Made by a program: the position numbers and the translations under genes
The notes under the pieces: model-generated
Told to the model about the DNA's origin: nothing
The model's input: the letters and a program-made list of their open reading frames with translations, nothing else
Database searches by the model: none
Shown here: positions 34,169-44,132 of the stretch, in pieces
Layout of the letters: the number at the start of each line of letters is the position of its first letter
How positions within the stretch are numbered: position 1 is the stretch's first letter
Virus record (IMG/VR): IMGVR_UViG_3300045988_173968
Origin: a virus
DNA: 64,000 nt
Strand: one strand, 5' to 3'

Positions 34169-35740
34169 GTGGAACAAATAAATTTAAGTTTTTCCTCCAA
34201 ATTGACTGAGTTTTCAAAACTTAATGAGCAATTTATCAAAGCATCCTGTTATGTAATGGCTCTTGGGAAAAACCGCAACGGCTCACACTTCTCAAAAGAA
34301 GCAGTGGTTGATGCCTTAGATTCGCTCTATTTTATTCCTGTCGTTGCTCACCTGCTTTATGATGAGGACAACAACAAGTGGTATGTGGGTGGACATGATA
34401 GAGAGCTTGTGGTTACAGAAAATGGGCTTATGCTGAAAGATGTGACCGTTCCGTTCGGTTGCGTTATCCCCGAGAATACTGAGTTTGTAGAGGTTGAGGA
34501 AGACAACGGGACGCAAGCTACATATCTTAAGTGTTCTATTGTGATTTGGGCTGGAAGATACCCGAATCTCATGGAAAGTATCTATAGCAGCGATCTCTAC
34601 TGGGGTCAATCCATGGAGATCAAGGCTAAATCAATCCGTCCTTTGCCGAGTGATAAGAAGTATAGAGACATCACTGAATTCACATTCTCATGTTTAACAC
34701 TACTTGGCAAGGACGATAACCCCGAATACCATACAGAACCATGCTTCCCATCTGCTTGTGTGGTGCCTGTAGAGTATTCTTTGGGAGAAAACTTTAAATC
34801 TGAATTTGAACTTATGAAGAACCAGCTCAAAGAGCTGGCCTTTTCTTTTAGTCCGGATTCAAGAACTGGAGGGAAAGACTTGGAAGACAAGAAAGCTTTA
34901 ATTGCAGAGTTTGGCCTGAACGAGGATCAGCTTGATTTTGAAATTAGCGATGAAATGAGTCTCGACGAGCTGCGGGAGAAGCTTACTGCATTTGCGGAAG
35001 CACACAGCTCCCAGTCCGGCAGTAATGACATCGAGTTTGGCGCTACTTTTAATGAACGCCGTGACGCTCTGTCTGCAGCTGTAACCGATGACTATGTTCG
35101 CAATGAGTCTGGCGATGTAACTGAGTACATCAGCCGCTGGCTCTTTGATTTCGATGACAAGTACATCTTCGTGAATGGCTACCACTATGTTGTCGCTGAC
35201 AACACAGAGACCCGCTTCTATGCAAGAGTGCCCTATTCCTTTGATGAGGAGAACAAGGTCGCTTCTTTAACCGGTGAGTATGAGCATATGTTTATGACTT
35301 TGCTGACTAACGAAGAGAAACAGGCCGTGGACAATGCGCGCGCCGAACAGGAGAACTATGTTGCTACCCATTCCTACAGCAACGAGGAGTACGAGGCCCT
35401 GAAGGCATATAAAGACGAGAAGGAAACCGAGGCTCGTAATGCTGAATTTGATGCGGTGATTGCCGAGTATGCAGAGATTGCCGAGATGCCTGAGTTTAAG
35501 GCTATTGCTGAATCTGTATATTCCTACGAGAATTCTGATGCTCTCCGCATGGCTTGTGATGCTGCCTATGGCAAATTCAAGCGTGAGCAAGCTGCTGTTG
35601 TTGCCCAGAACTTTTCTGCTGTCGGTGGCGAGAAAAAGGCTACTGGCAAGCTGAAAATGCCCACGGATTCTGCGTCTATTGACGGCAAAGGTGACAGCCG
35701 CCCCTACGGCGATCTGTTCGAAAAATACGGTAAGAAATAA
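34169..35740 (+). CDS. head morphogenesis protein (scaffold and/or prohead protease candidate, by position)
   Basis: 523 aa. GGAGGAGG RBS, GTG start. Acidic coiled-coil C-terminal half. Lies between the portal and capsid genes. Confidence 0.6.
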   Translation: MEQINLSFSSKLTEFSKLNEQFIKASCYVMALGKNRNGSHFSKEAVVDALDSLYFIPVVAHLLYDEDNNKWYVGGHDRELVVTENGLMLKDVTVPFGCVIPENTEFVEVEEDNGTQATYLKCSIVIWAGRYPNLMESIYSSDLYWGQSMEIKAKSIRPLPSDKKYRDITEFTFSCLTLLGKDDNPEYHTEPCFPSACVVPVEYSLGENFKSEFELMKNQLKELAFSFSPDSRTGGKDLEDKKALIAEFGLNEDQLDFEISDEMSLDELREKLTAFAEAHSSQSGSNDIEFGATFNERRDALSAAVTDDYVRNESGDVTEYISRWLFDFDDKYIFVNGYHYVVADNTETRFYARVPYSFDEENKVASLTGEYEHMFMTLLTNEEKQAVDNARAEQENYVATHSYSNEEYEALKAYKDEKETEARNAEFDAVIAEYAEIAEMPEFKAIAESVYSYENSDALRMACDAAYGKFKREQAAVVAQNFSAVGGEKKATGKLKMPTDSASIDGKGDSRPYGDLFEKYGKK

Positions 35741-35761
35741 AAATACTGGAGGAATTTAATT

Positions 35762-36265
35762 ATGGCTAATTATGGCGTTGTTCGCCTGGACAATATGTCC
35801 GGCACCACTGATGGTACCCTGCTGCGCTCTGTTCGTTTCTATGATGGCGACAAAGAGGCTGCTATTGAAAATGGTCGCGTTGTTCTGATTGGCGACCTGC
35901 TGGATGGTCAGCGTGAGGTTCGTAAGGCTACTGCTCCTGCGGCTACTTCTCCCCTGACTCATATTGGTCTGGTTGCTACTCCCGAACTGATGTATGACGA
36001 GCGCAAGCGCAACCTTACCGAGTTCATCAACGAGGCTGGTGAAAATGTTCGTGTTTACATTCTCCATGTAGGCGGTATCTTCTCTGTTACCGCTGAGGAT
36101 CTGGATGCGGCCGCTGCTATTGCTAAGGGCAACCTGGTTGAACTGCAGGCTGGCACTAAGCTGAAGGTTGTTGCTACTGCCACTGACAAGTCTACTCAGG
36201 TTGGCAAGATTATTGACATCGAGACCGTAGGTTCCCTGACCTACTATGTCATCGAGGTCGGCTAA
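35762..36265 (+). CDS. head accessory / decoration-like protein
   Basis: 167 aa directly upstream of the major capsid gene. GGAGG RBS. Confidence 0.55.
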   Translation: MANYGVVRLDNMSGTTDGTLLRSVRFYDGDKEAAIENGRVVLIGDLLDGQREVRKATAPAATSPLTHIGLVATPELMYDERKRNLTEFINEAGENVRVYILHVGGIFSVTAEDLDAAAAIAKGNLVELQAGTKLKVVATATDKSTQVGKIIDIETVGSLTYYVIEVG

Positions 36266-36300
36266 GAGTAACGGAAGTATCTAATTAGGAGGAAAATGAT

Positions 36301-37299
36301 ATGAATGAGAAAAATTCTATTGTAAAGCTCGCAACCGACATGCTGCATGGCAAGGTTGAGACCTATGATTCCAAGAGCTCTGAAGATGTACTGCGTGAAG
36401 CTCTGATTGCCGCCAACGGCGGTTCTTCCAAACTGAATGTTAAGGCCCTGCGCCGCAACAAGGTTGAGATCTTCGAGATTATCGAGGAGCTGGTTCCTCT
36501 GATGGTTAATGAGGGTCTGAAGGGCGATGAGTTCTTCATGAATTATGTTGAGGAGCGCAATCTTGCCGAGGGCGACAAAAATGAGTTTGTTGCTCCCGAT
36601 AACAGCACTTTCATCGTTTCCGAGATTGCTAACGGCATCGCTACTCCTCGTCGTCAGAGAATTGGTGAGAAGACCGTTGTGAGCGTTAAGACTACCGTTC
36701 ATGCTATTCGCATGTATGAGGAGTTCTCTCGTTTCATGGCTGGTCGTATCGACTGGAACGAACTGGTTGCTAAGGTAGCCGAGGCTTTTAAGGCTGCTAT
36801 TTACAACGACATCTACACTGCCTTCAAGGGCATTAGTGCCACTACTGTTGGTCTGAGCAATGCCTATGTTGGCACCGGCACCGCTGACGCCGAGAAGATC
36901 CTGGCTATCGTTGAGCACACCGAGGCTGCTAACGGCGAGTCTGCTGTTATCGTTGGTACCAAGGCTGCCCTGCGTAAGTGCCCCGGCGCTGAGCTTGGCG
37001 ACAATGCTAAGACTGACCTGTACAACGCTGGTTACTTCGGCAAGTTCTATGGCACTCCCATGGTGGCCGTAAAGAATCGCCACAAGGTTGGCACTGATGA
37101 GTTTATCTTTGATGATAACACCATCTATGTATTTGCCGGCGGCGACAAGTTCGTTAAGTTCGTCCGTGAGGGTGAGTCTTATATCGTTGAGACCCAGACC
37201 GGTAATGCTGACATGTCTGTGGAGTATCTGTACACTGACAAGTACGGTGTTGCCATTCTGGTTAACGGCAAGCTGGGCAAGTACACCATCACCGGCTAA
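36301..37299 (+). CDS. major capsid protein
   Basis: 332 aa. AGGAGG RBS. Position, size and high-expression codon style are typical. The antisense 273-aa ORF is a shadow. Confidence 0.75.
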   Translation: MNEKNSIVKLATDMLHGKVETYDSKSSEDVLREALIAANGGSSKLNVKALRRNKVEIFEIIEELVPLMVNEGLKGDEFFMNYVEERNLAEGDKNEFVAPDNSTFIVSEIANGIATPRRQRIGEKTVVSVKTTVHAIRMYEEFSRFMAGRIDWNELVAKVAEAFKAAIYNDIYTAFKGISATTVGLSNAYVGTGTADAEKILAIVEHTEAANGESAVIVGTKAALRKCPGAELGDNAKTDLYNAGYFGKFYGTPMVAVKNRHKVGTDEFIFDDNTIYVFAGGDKFVKFVREGESYIVETQTGNADMSVEYLYTDKYGVAILVNGKLGKYTITG

Positions 37300-37320
37300 T
37301 AAAGGGCTGGTGAGTATTGG

Positions 37321-37515
37321 GTGGAGCGAAAAAGAAAAGGATTCGACAGAGAATATGCGACCTCGTTTAGACGCGAGGTCGCTTTTCTTGCTGAGTGCGG
37401 TATTCGCTACACCTTTGTAAAAAGAGTTCAGGAGGTATCCGTGTATAAATACGAGAAGACTCCTGAACTCTTCGCAAAGTTAGCAGAATTCTATGCTCAG
37501 AAAATTAGTGATTAA
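37321..37515 (+). CDS. small hypothetical protein
   Basis: ORF track 64 aa, GTG start. Confidence 0.45.
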   Translation: MERKRKGFDREYATSFRREVAFLAECGIRYTFVKRVQEVSVYKYEKTPELFAKLAEFYAQKISD

Positions 37516-37532
37516 AATGGAGGATTAAATAT

Positions 37533-38117
37533 ATGGCACAGCAAACGAAGGGCACTAAAAAGCCCCAGACTTCTGCTACTAAACCTGCAGAGGCTAAAGA
37601 AACGAAACCTGTGGTCGAGCAGGCTCCTGTCGTCGAGAAGAAGCCGATTTATCGCACTTTGAGAAAGGTTTCTCCCGATGAGCTCGTAGATGTACAGTCC
37701 TGTACCTATGGCAATATGCTTTATATTTCAAAGCGTACTGGTAATAGAGTCGAGTGGGAGGATTTCGGGGATATCCAGACAATGACTGTTGGCGAACTTC
37801 AGATCATGAAGGGTTCACAGCCGCTGTTCTTTGAGCGCAAGTTGATTATGATTGTCGGTGAAAATGCCAAGGATGTTATCGACTATCTGCAGCTTAATAA
37901 ATACTATGCAGATTTTGGTTCTATCGATGAGATTGATGCGATTTTTGAAGCTTCTCCGGAAGAGATCAAGCGTATCGTTGCAAATCTGCCTGATAAGGCA
38001 ATTGAGACAATTGCTCGTCGGGCATATGCGCTTATTGAAGATGGTACTATCGACAGCCAGCGTGTTATCAACGCTTTGCAGGATTCTCTCGGTTACGAGC
38101 TGGTGGACAATGACTAA
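37533..38117 (+). CDS. hypothetical head-module protein
   Basis: 194 aa. GGAGG RBS. Confidence 0.6.
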   Translation: MAQQTKGTKKPQTSATKPAEAKETKPVVEQAPVVEKKPIYRTLRKVSPDELVDVQSCTYGNMLYISKRTGNRVEWEDFGDIQTMTVGELQIMKGSQPLFFERKLIMIVGENAKDVIDYLQLNKYYADFGSIDEIDAIFEASPEEIKRIVANLPDKAIETIARRAYALIEDGTIDSQRVINALQDSLGYELVDND

Positions 38118-38135
38118 TTAAAGGAGGTGGTTGCG

Positions 38136-38576
38136 ATGGTTTCATACGATGTATTCAAGCGATACTTCAAATCTAAGATTAGCCAGTATTCTTTCAGTGA
38201 TTACGGTTATGACGAAGAGATGGATGAAATCGACCGCTTTCTGCACCTTGCTATTGCCGAATTCAAGAATATCTGCGTAGTCGATTTATCGGATCGAGAT
38301 GATGATGCTCGTGTGTTCAATTCTGACGATGTGAACGATGACGAGATTATTGATATTTTGACTGACGGGATGGTCTGTGTCTGGCTTCGCAAAATTAAGA
38401 ACGAGCCACAAAACCTGCAGAACTACCTTGACACGAAGGATTTTCAATTGGCGGCGTCTCCTGCAAATGTGCTGAAGGAAGTGCGTACCACCTATGAGGT
38501 TGAATATAACATCTTTGTTGGAAAGATGCTTGAATATTCCTACAATCACGGGGATATTTCGAGTCTTCATATGTGA
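38136..38576 (+). CDS. head-tail joining region protein (by position)
   Basis: AAGGAGG RBS 8 nt before ATG 38136. Confidence 0.55.
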   Translation: MVSYDVFKRYFKSKISQYSFSDYGYDEEMDEIDRFLHLAIAEFKNICVVDLSDRDDDARVFNSDDVNDDEIIDILTDGMVCVWLRKIKNEPQNLQNYLDTKDFQLAASPANVLKEVRTTYEVEYNIFVGKMLEYSYNHGDISSLHM

Positions 38577-38587
38577 GAGGTGCTTTT

Positions 38588-39250
38588 ATGTCTGAGATGC
38601 AGAGAAGTGACTGGCTCACAAGTATGAAATCCACCCATCGTAGATTTGGCCCATCTTCACTATCGTGTAAGGATGTTGTGGTCAATGGCGAAGATCGGAA
38701 GATTATGATAATCAATTCTGATGACTTCGACCTTAAGTATGCTCATTGTATTTTTGATGACTTCCTTATTGTAGGCTCGTACATTGAATGGAATGACGAG
38801 ACCTGGATTGTCACTAAGGAGGGCGGGCAAAAAGATGTCTATCCTTCCTATGAGCTTCAAAAGTGCAACTATGAGCTTAAGTGGGTTAAGGATGGCGAAA
38901 CCATCACCAAAAAAGCGTATGCTTCCGACATGACCTATTCGCAGGTTGGTGTGCAGCATACTGACTATATGGTTTACGGTGATTCTCGGTACCGCGTCAT
39001 CATTCCAAAAGATGATGACACTACTAAGATCCGTCGTGGTGATAGATTCTACATCGACGATGGTGACAGCGAGGACGACCACCCTATTTATGAAGCAACA
39101 AAGATCGATAGAATTACCCGTATGTACAATGGCAACGGTGTTTACACTTTGATGCTTGTTGAGTGCAATGAACACCCAACCGATAATTCTGATTCTATGG
39201 TTGCCGATAACAATAATAAAACTGAGCTTGAGGAAGGAGAGTGGGTCTAA
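38588..39250 (+). CDS. head-tail joining region protein (by position)
   Basis: GAGAGG RBS before ATG 38588. Confidence 0.55.
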   Translation: MSEMQRSDWLTSMKSTHRRFGPSSLSCKDVVVNGEDRKIMIINSDDFDLKYAHCIFDDFLIVGSYIEWNDETWIVTKEGGQKDVYPSYELQKCNYELKWVKDGETITKKAYASDMTYSQVGVQHTDYMVYGDSRYRVIIPKDDDTTKIRRGDRFYIDDGDSEDDHPIYEATKIDRITRMYNGNGVYTLMLVECNEHPTDNSDSMVADNNNKTELEEGEWV

Positions 39251-39726
39251 TGGGTTATATGTCAATGTTTAAGGATTATAGAAATACTCTCATGAAGGCT
39301 CTGTGCTCTTCTAAGGATATCGTTAATCTTTTAAAGAACACAAACGAGGACTCCCCTACCCTTCCCGACAAGTCTCTTTTATATGACCATATTTACCCTT
39401 ATCCATTCATTCCACAAGCAGACGAGGCGGCCAAGACCTATGTTGGTGTCCGCTTGACCGTACCACAGGTTGGGAGCAAAACATTCAAAACCATACGCCT
39501 TACCGCTTTCATCTTCACGCATTACAGTTTGATGAGAGCTCCTGGCGGTCTTCGCGTTGATCTTTTGGCTGATGCGATTGATTCCGTATTAAACGGATCT
39601 CTCGAGTATGGCCTTGGTCATGTCGAGTTAAAAGATGTCGATGATGTTCACCCCGCTAAGGATTATTACGGCGTCGTGCTCACTTATGATATTACAGACT
39701 GGAATCGGGTGAGCAAACTACAATGA
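39250..39726 (+). CDS. head-tail joining region protein (by position)
   Basis: ATG 39250 overlaps the upstream TAA. The ORF-track GTG start at 39241 is less likely. Confidence 0.55.
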   Translation: MGYMSMFKDYRNTLMKALCSSKDIVNLLKNTNEDSPTLPDKSLLYDHIYPYPFIPQADEAAKTYVGVRLTVPQVGSKTFKTIRLTAFIFTHYSLMRAPGGLRVDLLADAIDSVLNGSLEYGLGHVELKDVDDVHPAKDYYGVVLTYDITDWNRVSKLQ

Positions 39727-40433
39727 GGTTAGGTTTGATATCGAAAAGGGATCACAAAATCAATAACTATATCACGGTTCATGTCCCAACCCTCGGCGAG
39801 ATCTTCGACTTTGGGCAAAGCGAGTATATGAGTATCGTTAGCTCTCTGGTTGCAACTCCGTATGAGGCAATGGTTATGCTGGATGATATGGGTGTTGATT
39901 TTACAACTGTTGATGAGTGGTTCGTGTTTGAATTGATGTTTTCATACTTCGCTAAGAAGTACAAACGCATAAGGATTATCTTTGGCAATCTGGATTTATC
40001 CCTTTTTGAAAGGGCAATAAACAAAGAGACCGGAGAAGATATTCTTTATGACTTCGAACATGGCTACATCATCGATAGGCTTGCCCAGGAACAAATCAGC
40101 TCCGTATTGCGGGAAATTCTGCAATTTGAAAAGCATGATAAAATTCCTGGCAACGCTATAACCAAGAAGTATCTAATTGATCGTGAGCGGAGGCGTCTTC
40201 GCAGGGCGGCAGATCAAGAGAAAGAGCAACTCGAGGACTTGATTCTTGCGCTCGTAAACACACCAGAGTACAAATACAATTTTGAACAATCGATGGAGTT
40301 GACTCTGTATCAGTTCAACGCCTGCGTAAAACAGATTCAGAAGAAAATTTCTTTTGACCATCGGATGAGCGGTATTTATGCCGGTACGGTAGATGCTTCA
40401 AAAATTAGCAAAGAAGACCTGACTTGGATTTGA
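39723..40433 (+). CDS. hypothetical tail-module protein
   Basis: 236 aa. ATGA overlap with the upstream gene. Confidence 0.55.
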   Translation: MRLGLISKRDHKINNYITVHVPTLGEIFDFGQSEYMSIVSSLVATPYEAMVMLDDMGVDFTTVDEWFVFELMFSYFAKKYKRIRIIFGNLDLSLFERAINKETGEDILYDFEHGYIIDRLAQEQISSVLREILQFEKHDKIPGNAITKKYLIDRERRRLRRAADQEKEQLEDLILALVNTPEYKYNFEQSMELTLYQFNACVKQIQKKISFDHRMSGIYAGTVDASKISKEDLTWI

Positions 40434-40468
40434 GTCGGGTCATTTATTTTAGAAAGGAAGATATAACT

Positions 40469-41266
40469 ATGGTTAATGTTAATGAACTTACCCTGACTTC
40501 CCTCGAAAGAATCATTGGCTATAACCTGGGCGGTGAGTATCTCTGGACTCTGGACGAGCTGCAGAATGCTACCATCAGCAACACCCAGGAGAAGGTCGAT
40601 ATCACTGGTAAGCAGGGCCGCAAGCTGAATTCTCTTAAGAGAAATAAGGCTGTAAAGGTTACTGGTACCAATGGTATGCTGAGCCTTGGTCTGATTGCTA
40701 CTGATACTGGTACTGAAGTTTCCCGTGATGAGAATGTTCAGTATAAGTGGTATGAGATTGTCGATATCGAAGAAAATGCTGCTTCTACTACTTACACCGC
40801 CGTTGGCACTGTTGGCGCTGAAATTGATGCCCTGTACATCGTGAATGTTGATGGTACTCGTGGGGTTAAGCTGGAGCAGGACGCTACCGCAACTGAAGGT
40901 ACCTTCACTTATACTCCTGGCACGAAGAAGCTGGCTTTCCTTGCTGACGCTTACAACGGTCAAAAAGCTGTTGTGTATTACACTCGTAAGGTGAACGCTG
41001 CCGTTATTTCCAATGATTCCGGCAAGTATTCTCAGAAATGCACTCTGTATATCGATGCTCTCGCTGAGGATAAGTGCAATAAGTGCTATCTGGTTCAGTT
41101 CGTGATTCCTGTTGCTGACTTCTCTGGCAACTTTGATATTGCCATGGGCGATAATCAGGCTACTCATTCCTTTGAGGCGGATTCTCTGTCCTCTGGTTGC
41201 AGCGGCGGTGGTATCCGGCTGTGGGATATGCTCGTTATCGAAGACGGTACCGCTGATGTCACCTGA
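40469..41266 (+). CDS. major tail (tube) protein candidate
   Basis: AAAGGAAG RBS before ATG 40469. 265 aa, Thr/Gly/Val-rich beta-type composition. The antisense 320-aa ORF is a shadow. Confidence 0.55.
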   Translation: MVNVNELTLTSLERIIGYNLGGEYLWTLDELQNATISNTQEKVDITGKQGRKLNSLKRNKAVKVTGTNGMLSLGLIATDTGTEVSRDENVQYKWYEIVDIEENAASTTYTAVGTVGAEIDALYIVNVDGTRGVKLEQDATATEGTFTYTPGTKKLAFLADAYNGQKAVVYYTRKVNAAVISNDSGKYSQKCTLYIDALAEDKCNKCYLVQFVIPVADFSGNFDIAMGDNQATHSFEADSLSSGCSGGGIRLWDMLVIEDGTADVT

Positions 41267-41285
41267 TTGAATTGAGGTGACAACT

Positions 41286-41654
41286 ATGGCGAAGTGTAAA
41301 GTCTGTGGTAAGGAATTTACGCCTTGCCGCACCAACACGCCTCTGAATTGGAGGCGTGTTGCCTGTTGCGCTGAGCATGGGGCTATTTGGTTTGAAAAAA
41401 TCGAAGCGGCTCGTATTGCTCAGCCAAATGTCGAGCCCGAGCATAACGAGGAGCTGCAAGCTTTGCTTTCCGTTGAAGAGCCAATAGAGCCTGTAGAGGC
41501 TGAGCCAGTGGAGGAAATCGTTGAGATTTCCGAACCGGAACAGCCAGATACGGTATTGCAAGCTTTTGAAGGATCTGAAGCCATTGAGGAACAGGAACCT
41601 ACGCAGGAAGATGAGGAATCTCCCGAGTATTACAAAGGGAGAAAACACAGATAA
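41286..41654 (+). CDS. zinc-ribbon protein with highly acidic Glu/Pro-rich C-terminus
   Basis: ATG 41286 after GAGGTG. CKVCGKEF...ACCAEHG. Confidence 0.5.
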   Translation: MAKCKVCGKEFTPCRTNTPLNWRRVACCAEHGAIWFEKIEAARIAQPNVEPEHNEELQALLSVEEPIEPVEAEPVEEIVEISEPEQPDTVLQAFEGSEAIEEQEPTQEDEESPEYYKGRKHR

Positions 41655-41663
41655 AAGCATTTT

Positions 41664-41690
41664 GGGGACTGCATTTTGCAGTCCCCCTTT
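41664..41690 (+). terminator. intrinsic terminator
   Basis: GGGGACTGC-ATTTT-GCAGTCCCC followed by CTTT. Confidence 0.6.
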
Positions 41691-41707
41691 CTGTGCGGTG
41701 AAATGAA

Positions 41708-42199
41708 ATGATTAAATTTATAGCTCTTGATCAGGCGACCAAATACACCGGATATTCGGTTTGGGTTCTGAGCAAAAAAGGCGAGCTTAAGCTCTTGGAG
41801 CATGGTGTGTTTAAGGCCAATGTTAAAAATGATGTTATTTCCAGAATGTGCGAAATGTACAACGATATCAAGGGCTTAATTTTTACACACAAACCTAACT
41901 ATGTGTTTTTTGAGGCGACACAGTTTCAGTCTAACCAGCGTGTGTACAGCACATTGTCCCAGCTGCAAGGTATCGTAATGGCAATTCTGTTTGAAAAAGA
42001 CATTGGATTCAGCATTATAGAACCGTCTTCGTGGAAGTCGTACTGTGGTATTACTGGGAGAAAGCGCGAGGAGCAGAAGGCAAAGTCCATAGCCATTGCT
42101 TCCAAACAATTTGGCTTATCTGACCTTACGGACGATGTGGCTGACGCTATTCTTATTGGATACTACGGTGCCCATATTTTAAACAATGAAAAGGGGTGA
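41708..42199 (+). CDS. RuvC-like Holliday junction resolvase
   Basis: IALDQATKYTGYSVW (Asp), FFEATQFQ (Glu), DDVADAILIGYYG (Asp). 163 aa. Confidence 0.7.
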   Translation: MIKFIALDQATKYTGYSVWVLSKKGELKLLEHGVFKANVKNDVISRMCEMYNDIKGLIFTHKPNYVFFEATQFQSNQRVYSTLSQLQGIVMAILFEKDIGFSIIEPSSWKSYCGITGRKREEQKAKSIAIASKQFGLSDLTDDVADAILIGYYGAHILNNEKG

Positions 42200-42542
42200 A
42201 GATGTGGCGGAAAACAAAAATCTTAACATCATCTATCGTGACTCCACTCCGTTTATTTCTTTCCCCTGCGACTTCGATGTATCTATTCTGAGTTCTGGGG
42301 TTGAAGATATCGAGATCGTATTCTCGCAAGATGGAGCCGAAAAATTTACAAAAAGAGGAGACCAAGTTGAAGTATGTGTTGAATTAAATTCAATCATTAC
42401 TTCGTTAAGCCGGAATGACACAAGCAAGCTAAAGAGCCGTTTGGAGACTACAATGCAGATTTTCATTCACATGGAAGATGGCGCTGTTATTCCGAGCAAT
42501 ATTATGGTTGCAAACACCGGTTATATCTTAGAACGGAGGTGA
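42186..42542 (+). CDS. hypothetical protein
   Basis: ORF track 118 aa. Start uncertain. Confidence 0.5.
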   Translation: MKRGEDVAENKNLNIIYRDSTPFISFPCDFDVSILSSGVEDIEIVFSQDGAEKFTKRGDQVEVCVELNSIITSLSRNDTSKLKSRLETTMQIFIHMEDGAVIPSNIMVANTGYILERR

Positions 42543-42832
42543 CGGGTGCCGTGAGCGATTTTTCTACCAAGAATAACTTTAGTGCTACTTTTGGCACTTT
42601 TTACAACCTCGGCGGAGATTACAAGATTATCCGCAAGAACAGTCTTTCAGAGTTTCCGGCTGTAGGAAACGAAAAGTATCTATATGTAGCCAACGATACA
42701 AATCTTATGTATTTCTGGGACGACGAGAATAAATCGTTTGTTTCAGCAAAATCTGAAAGCTCCGTTATATTCCCCGATGTTCTAAAAATAAACGGTGGTA
42801 ATGCAGGAAGCATATATGAAGAAAATGAATAA
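42539..42832 (+). CDS. hypothetical protein
   Basis: ORF track 97 aa. GTG at 42539 or 42551, after GGAGG. Confidence 0.5.
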   Translation: MTGAVSDFSTKNNFSATFGTFYNLGGDYKIIRKNSLSEFPAVGNEKYLYVANDTNLMYFWDDENKSFVSAKSESSVIFPDVLKINGGNAGSIYEENE

Positions 42833-42847
42833 TAAGGAGTGGGTTTC

Positions 42848-44113
42848 ATGAACAAGGAAATTCTGACCAAAGTGATCCTTCGGAACGACAGTACCGCGAA
42901 TTGGGACACTAAAAACCCCGTCCTTGATAAGGGCGAGATTGGTTTCGAGTTCACCGCTGACGGTGCCGTTCTTACCAAGGTTGGCGATGGTGCGACGGCT
43001 TGGAAACAGCTTGGCTACAGCGGCGTTGACGAGGACAAAATCAATACACTGATTGGGCAGGCTCGTGACAGCTATTATACTGTTGTTCGTAACGATGGCG
43101 AAACCGATAATGAAGCTATTACACGCGCTCTCGGCGAGTCTGTTGCCGCAAAGGGCGATGTATGCGCGATCAAAACTGCGCTTGGTACTACCCCTGAGAG
43201 TTACTCTTATATGGGCTATGTATTTGACGGCGAGAACTGGGGTGCCATGGATGGCAACATCAACTCTGAAAATGTAATTATCGGCAAGGATCTGGTTTTC
43301 GCCGGCAGTTATACTTCTGTTGGCAATGTATCCAAGGGCACTACTATTCAGAAAGGCAAAACTCTGGATCAGCTTCTGACCGCAATGTTTACTCAGGAGC
43401 TCAATCCCCCCAAGCCTACTCCAACCTGCTTTGTCACTCTGACCGGCGCTGGTGCTAAGGAGGTTGGCGAAACCTTTACTCCTGCTTATACTACCGCTTT
43501 TGACCCGAAGACATATGCTTACGCCCCCACCGCTACTGGCGTCACTGCTACTGGCTGGGAAGTAAGTGATAGCGCCGGTGCCAAGAAGACTACGGCTACC
43601 GGTTCCTTTGATGGTTTCACTGTCGAAGATAATACGAACTATAAGTTAACTGCTAAGGCTACATATGGTGATGGTAATGTTCCTAAAACAAACCTCGGCA
43701 ATGACTACCCGGCATCACAAATTAAAGCTGGCACTACTGCGGCTGCTTCTTCCGCTGCCGTTACTGGCTATCGTAAGTGGTTTACTTATGTTGGTACTGA
43801 TCTGACCGCTCTGACCAGCAATGTGATCCGTACTAAGGGTACAAGCAAGGGCGCTGCTGGCTCAAACTTCAATGTTAACCTGGCTATCCCTGCCGGCACT
43901 AAGCGTGTCTATGTTGCTATTCCCGCATCCAAGAACAAGGCTCTGTCTTCTGTAATAGATGTGGACGGTATGGGTCTGGATGTAAAGGGCAATTTTACAA
44001 AGCAGACTGTATCTGTTGAAGGTGCTAATGGCTATACTGCCGTTGACTATGATGTATTCATTGTGGAAAACCTGGCTGGTTTGGCTGCTACTACCTATCA
44101 GATCAAGTTTTGA
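42848..44113 (+). CDS. tail fibre protein 1 (shared N-terminal fibre-anchor module)
   Basis: AAGGAG RBS. N-terminus LRNDSTANWDTKNPVLDKGEIGFE....KVGDGATAWKQLGY recurs in the 46614 and 47783 genes. Confidence 0.65.
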   Translation: MNKEILTKVILRNDSTANWDTKNPVLDKGEIGFEFTADGAVLTKVGDGATAWKQLGYSGVDEDKINTLIGQARDSYYTVVRNDGETDNEAITRALGESVAAKGDVCAIKTALGTTPESYSYMGYVFDGENWGAMDGNINSENVIIGKDLVFAGSYTSVGNVSKGTTIQKGKTLDQLLTAMFTQELNPPKPTPTCFVTLTGAGAKEVGETFTPAYTTAFDPKTYAYAPTATGVTATGWEVSDSAGAKKTTATGSFDGFTVEDNTNYKLTAKATYGDGNVPKTNLGNDYPASQIKAGTTAAASSAAVTGYRKWFTYVGTDLTALTSNVIRTKGTSKGAAGSNFNVNLAIPAGTKRVYVAIPASKNKALSSVIDVDGMGLDVKGNFTKQTVSVEGANGYTAVDYDVFIVENLAGLAATTYQIKF

Positions 44114-44132
44114 GTAAAGGGGGATAAATAAT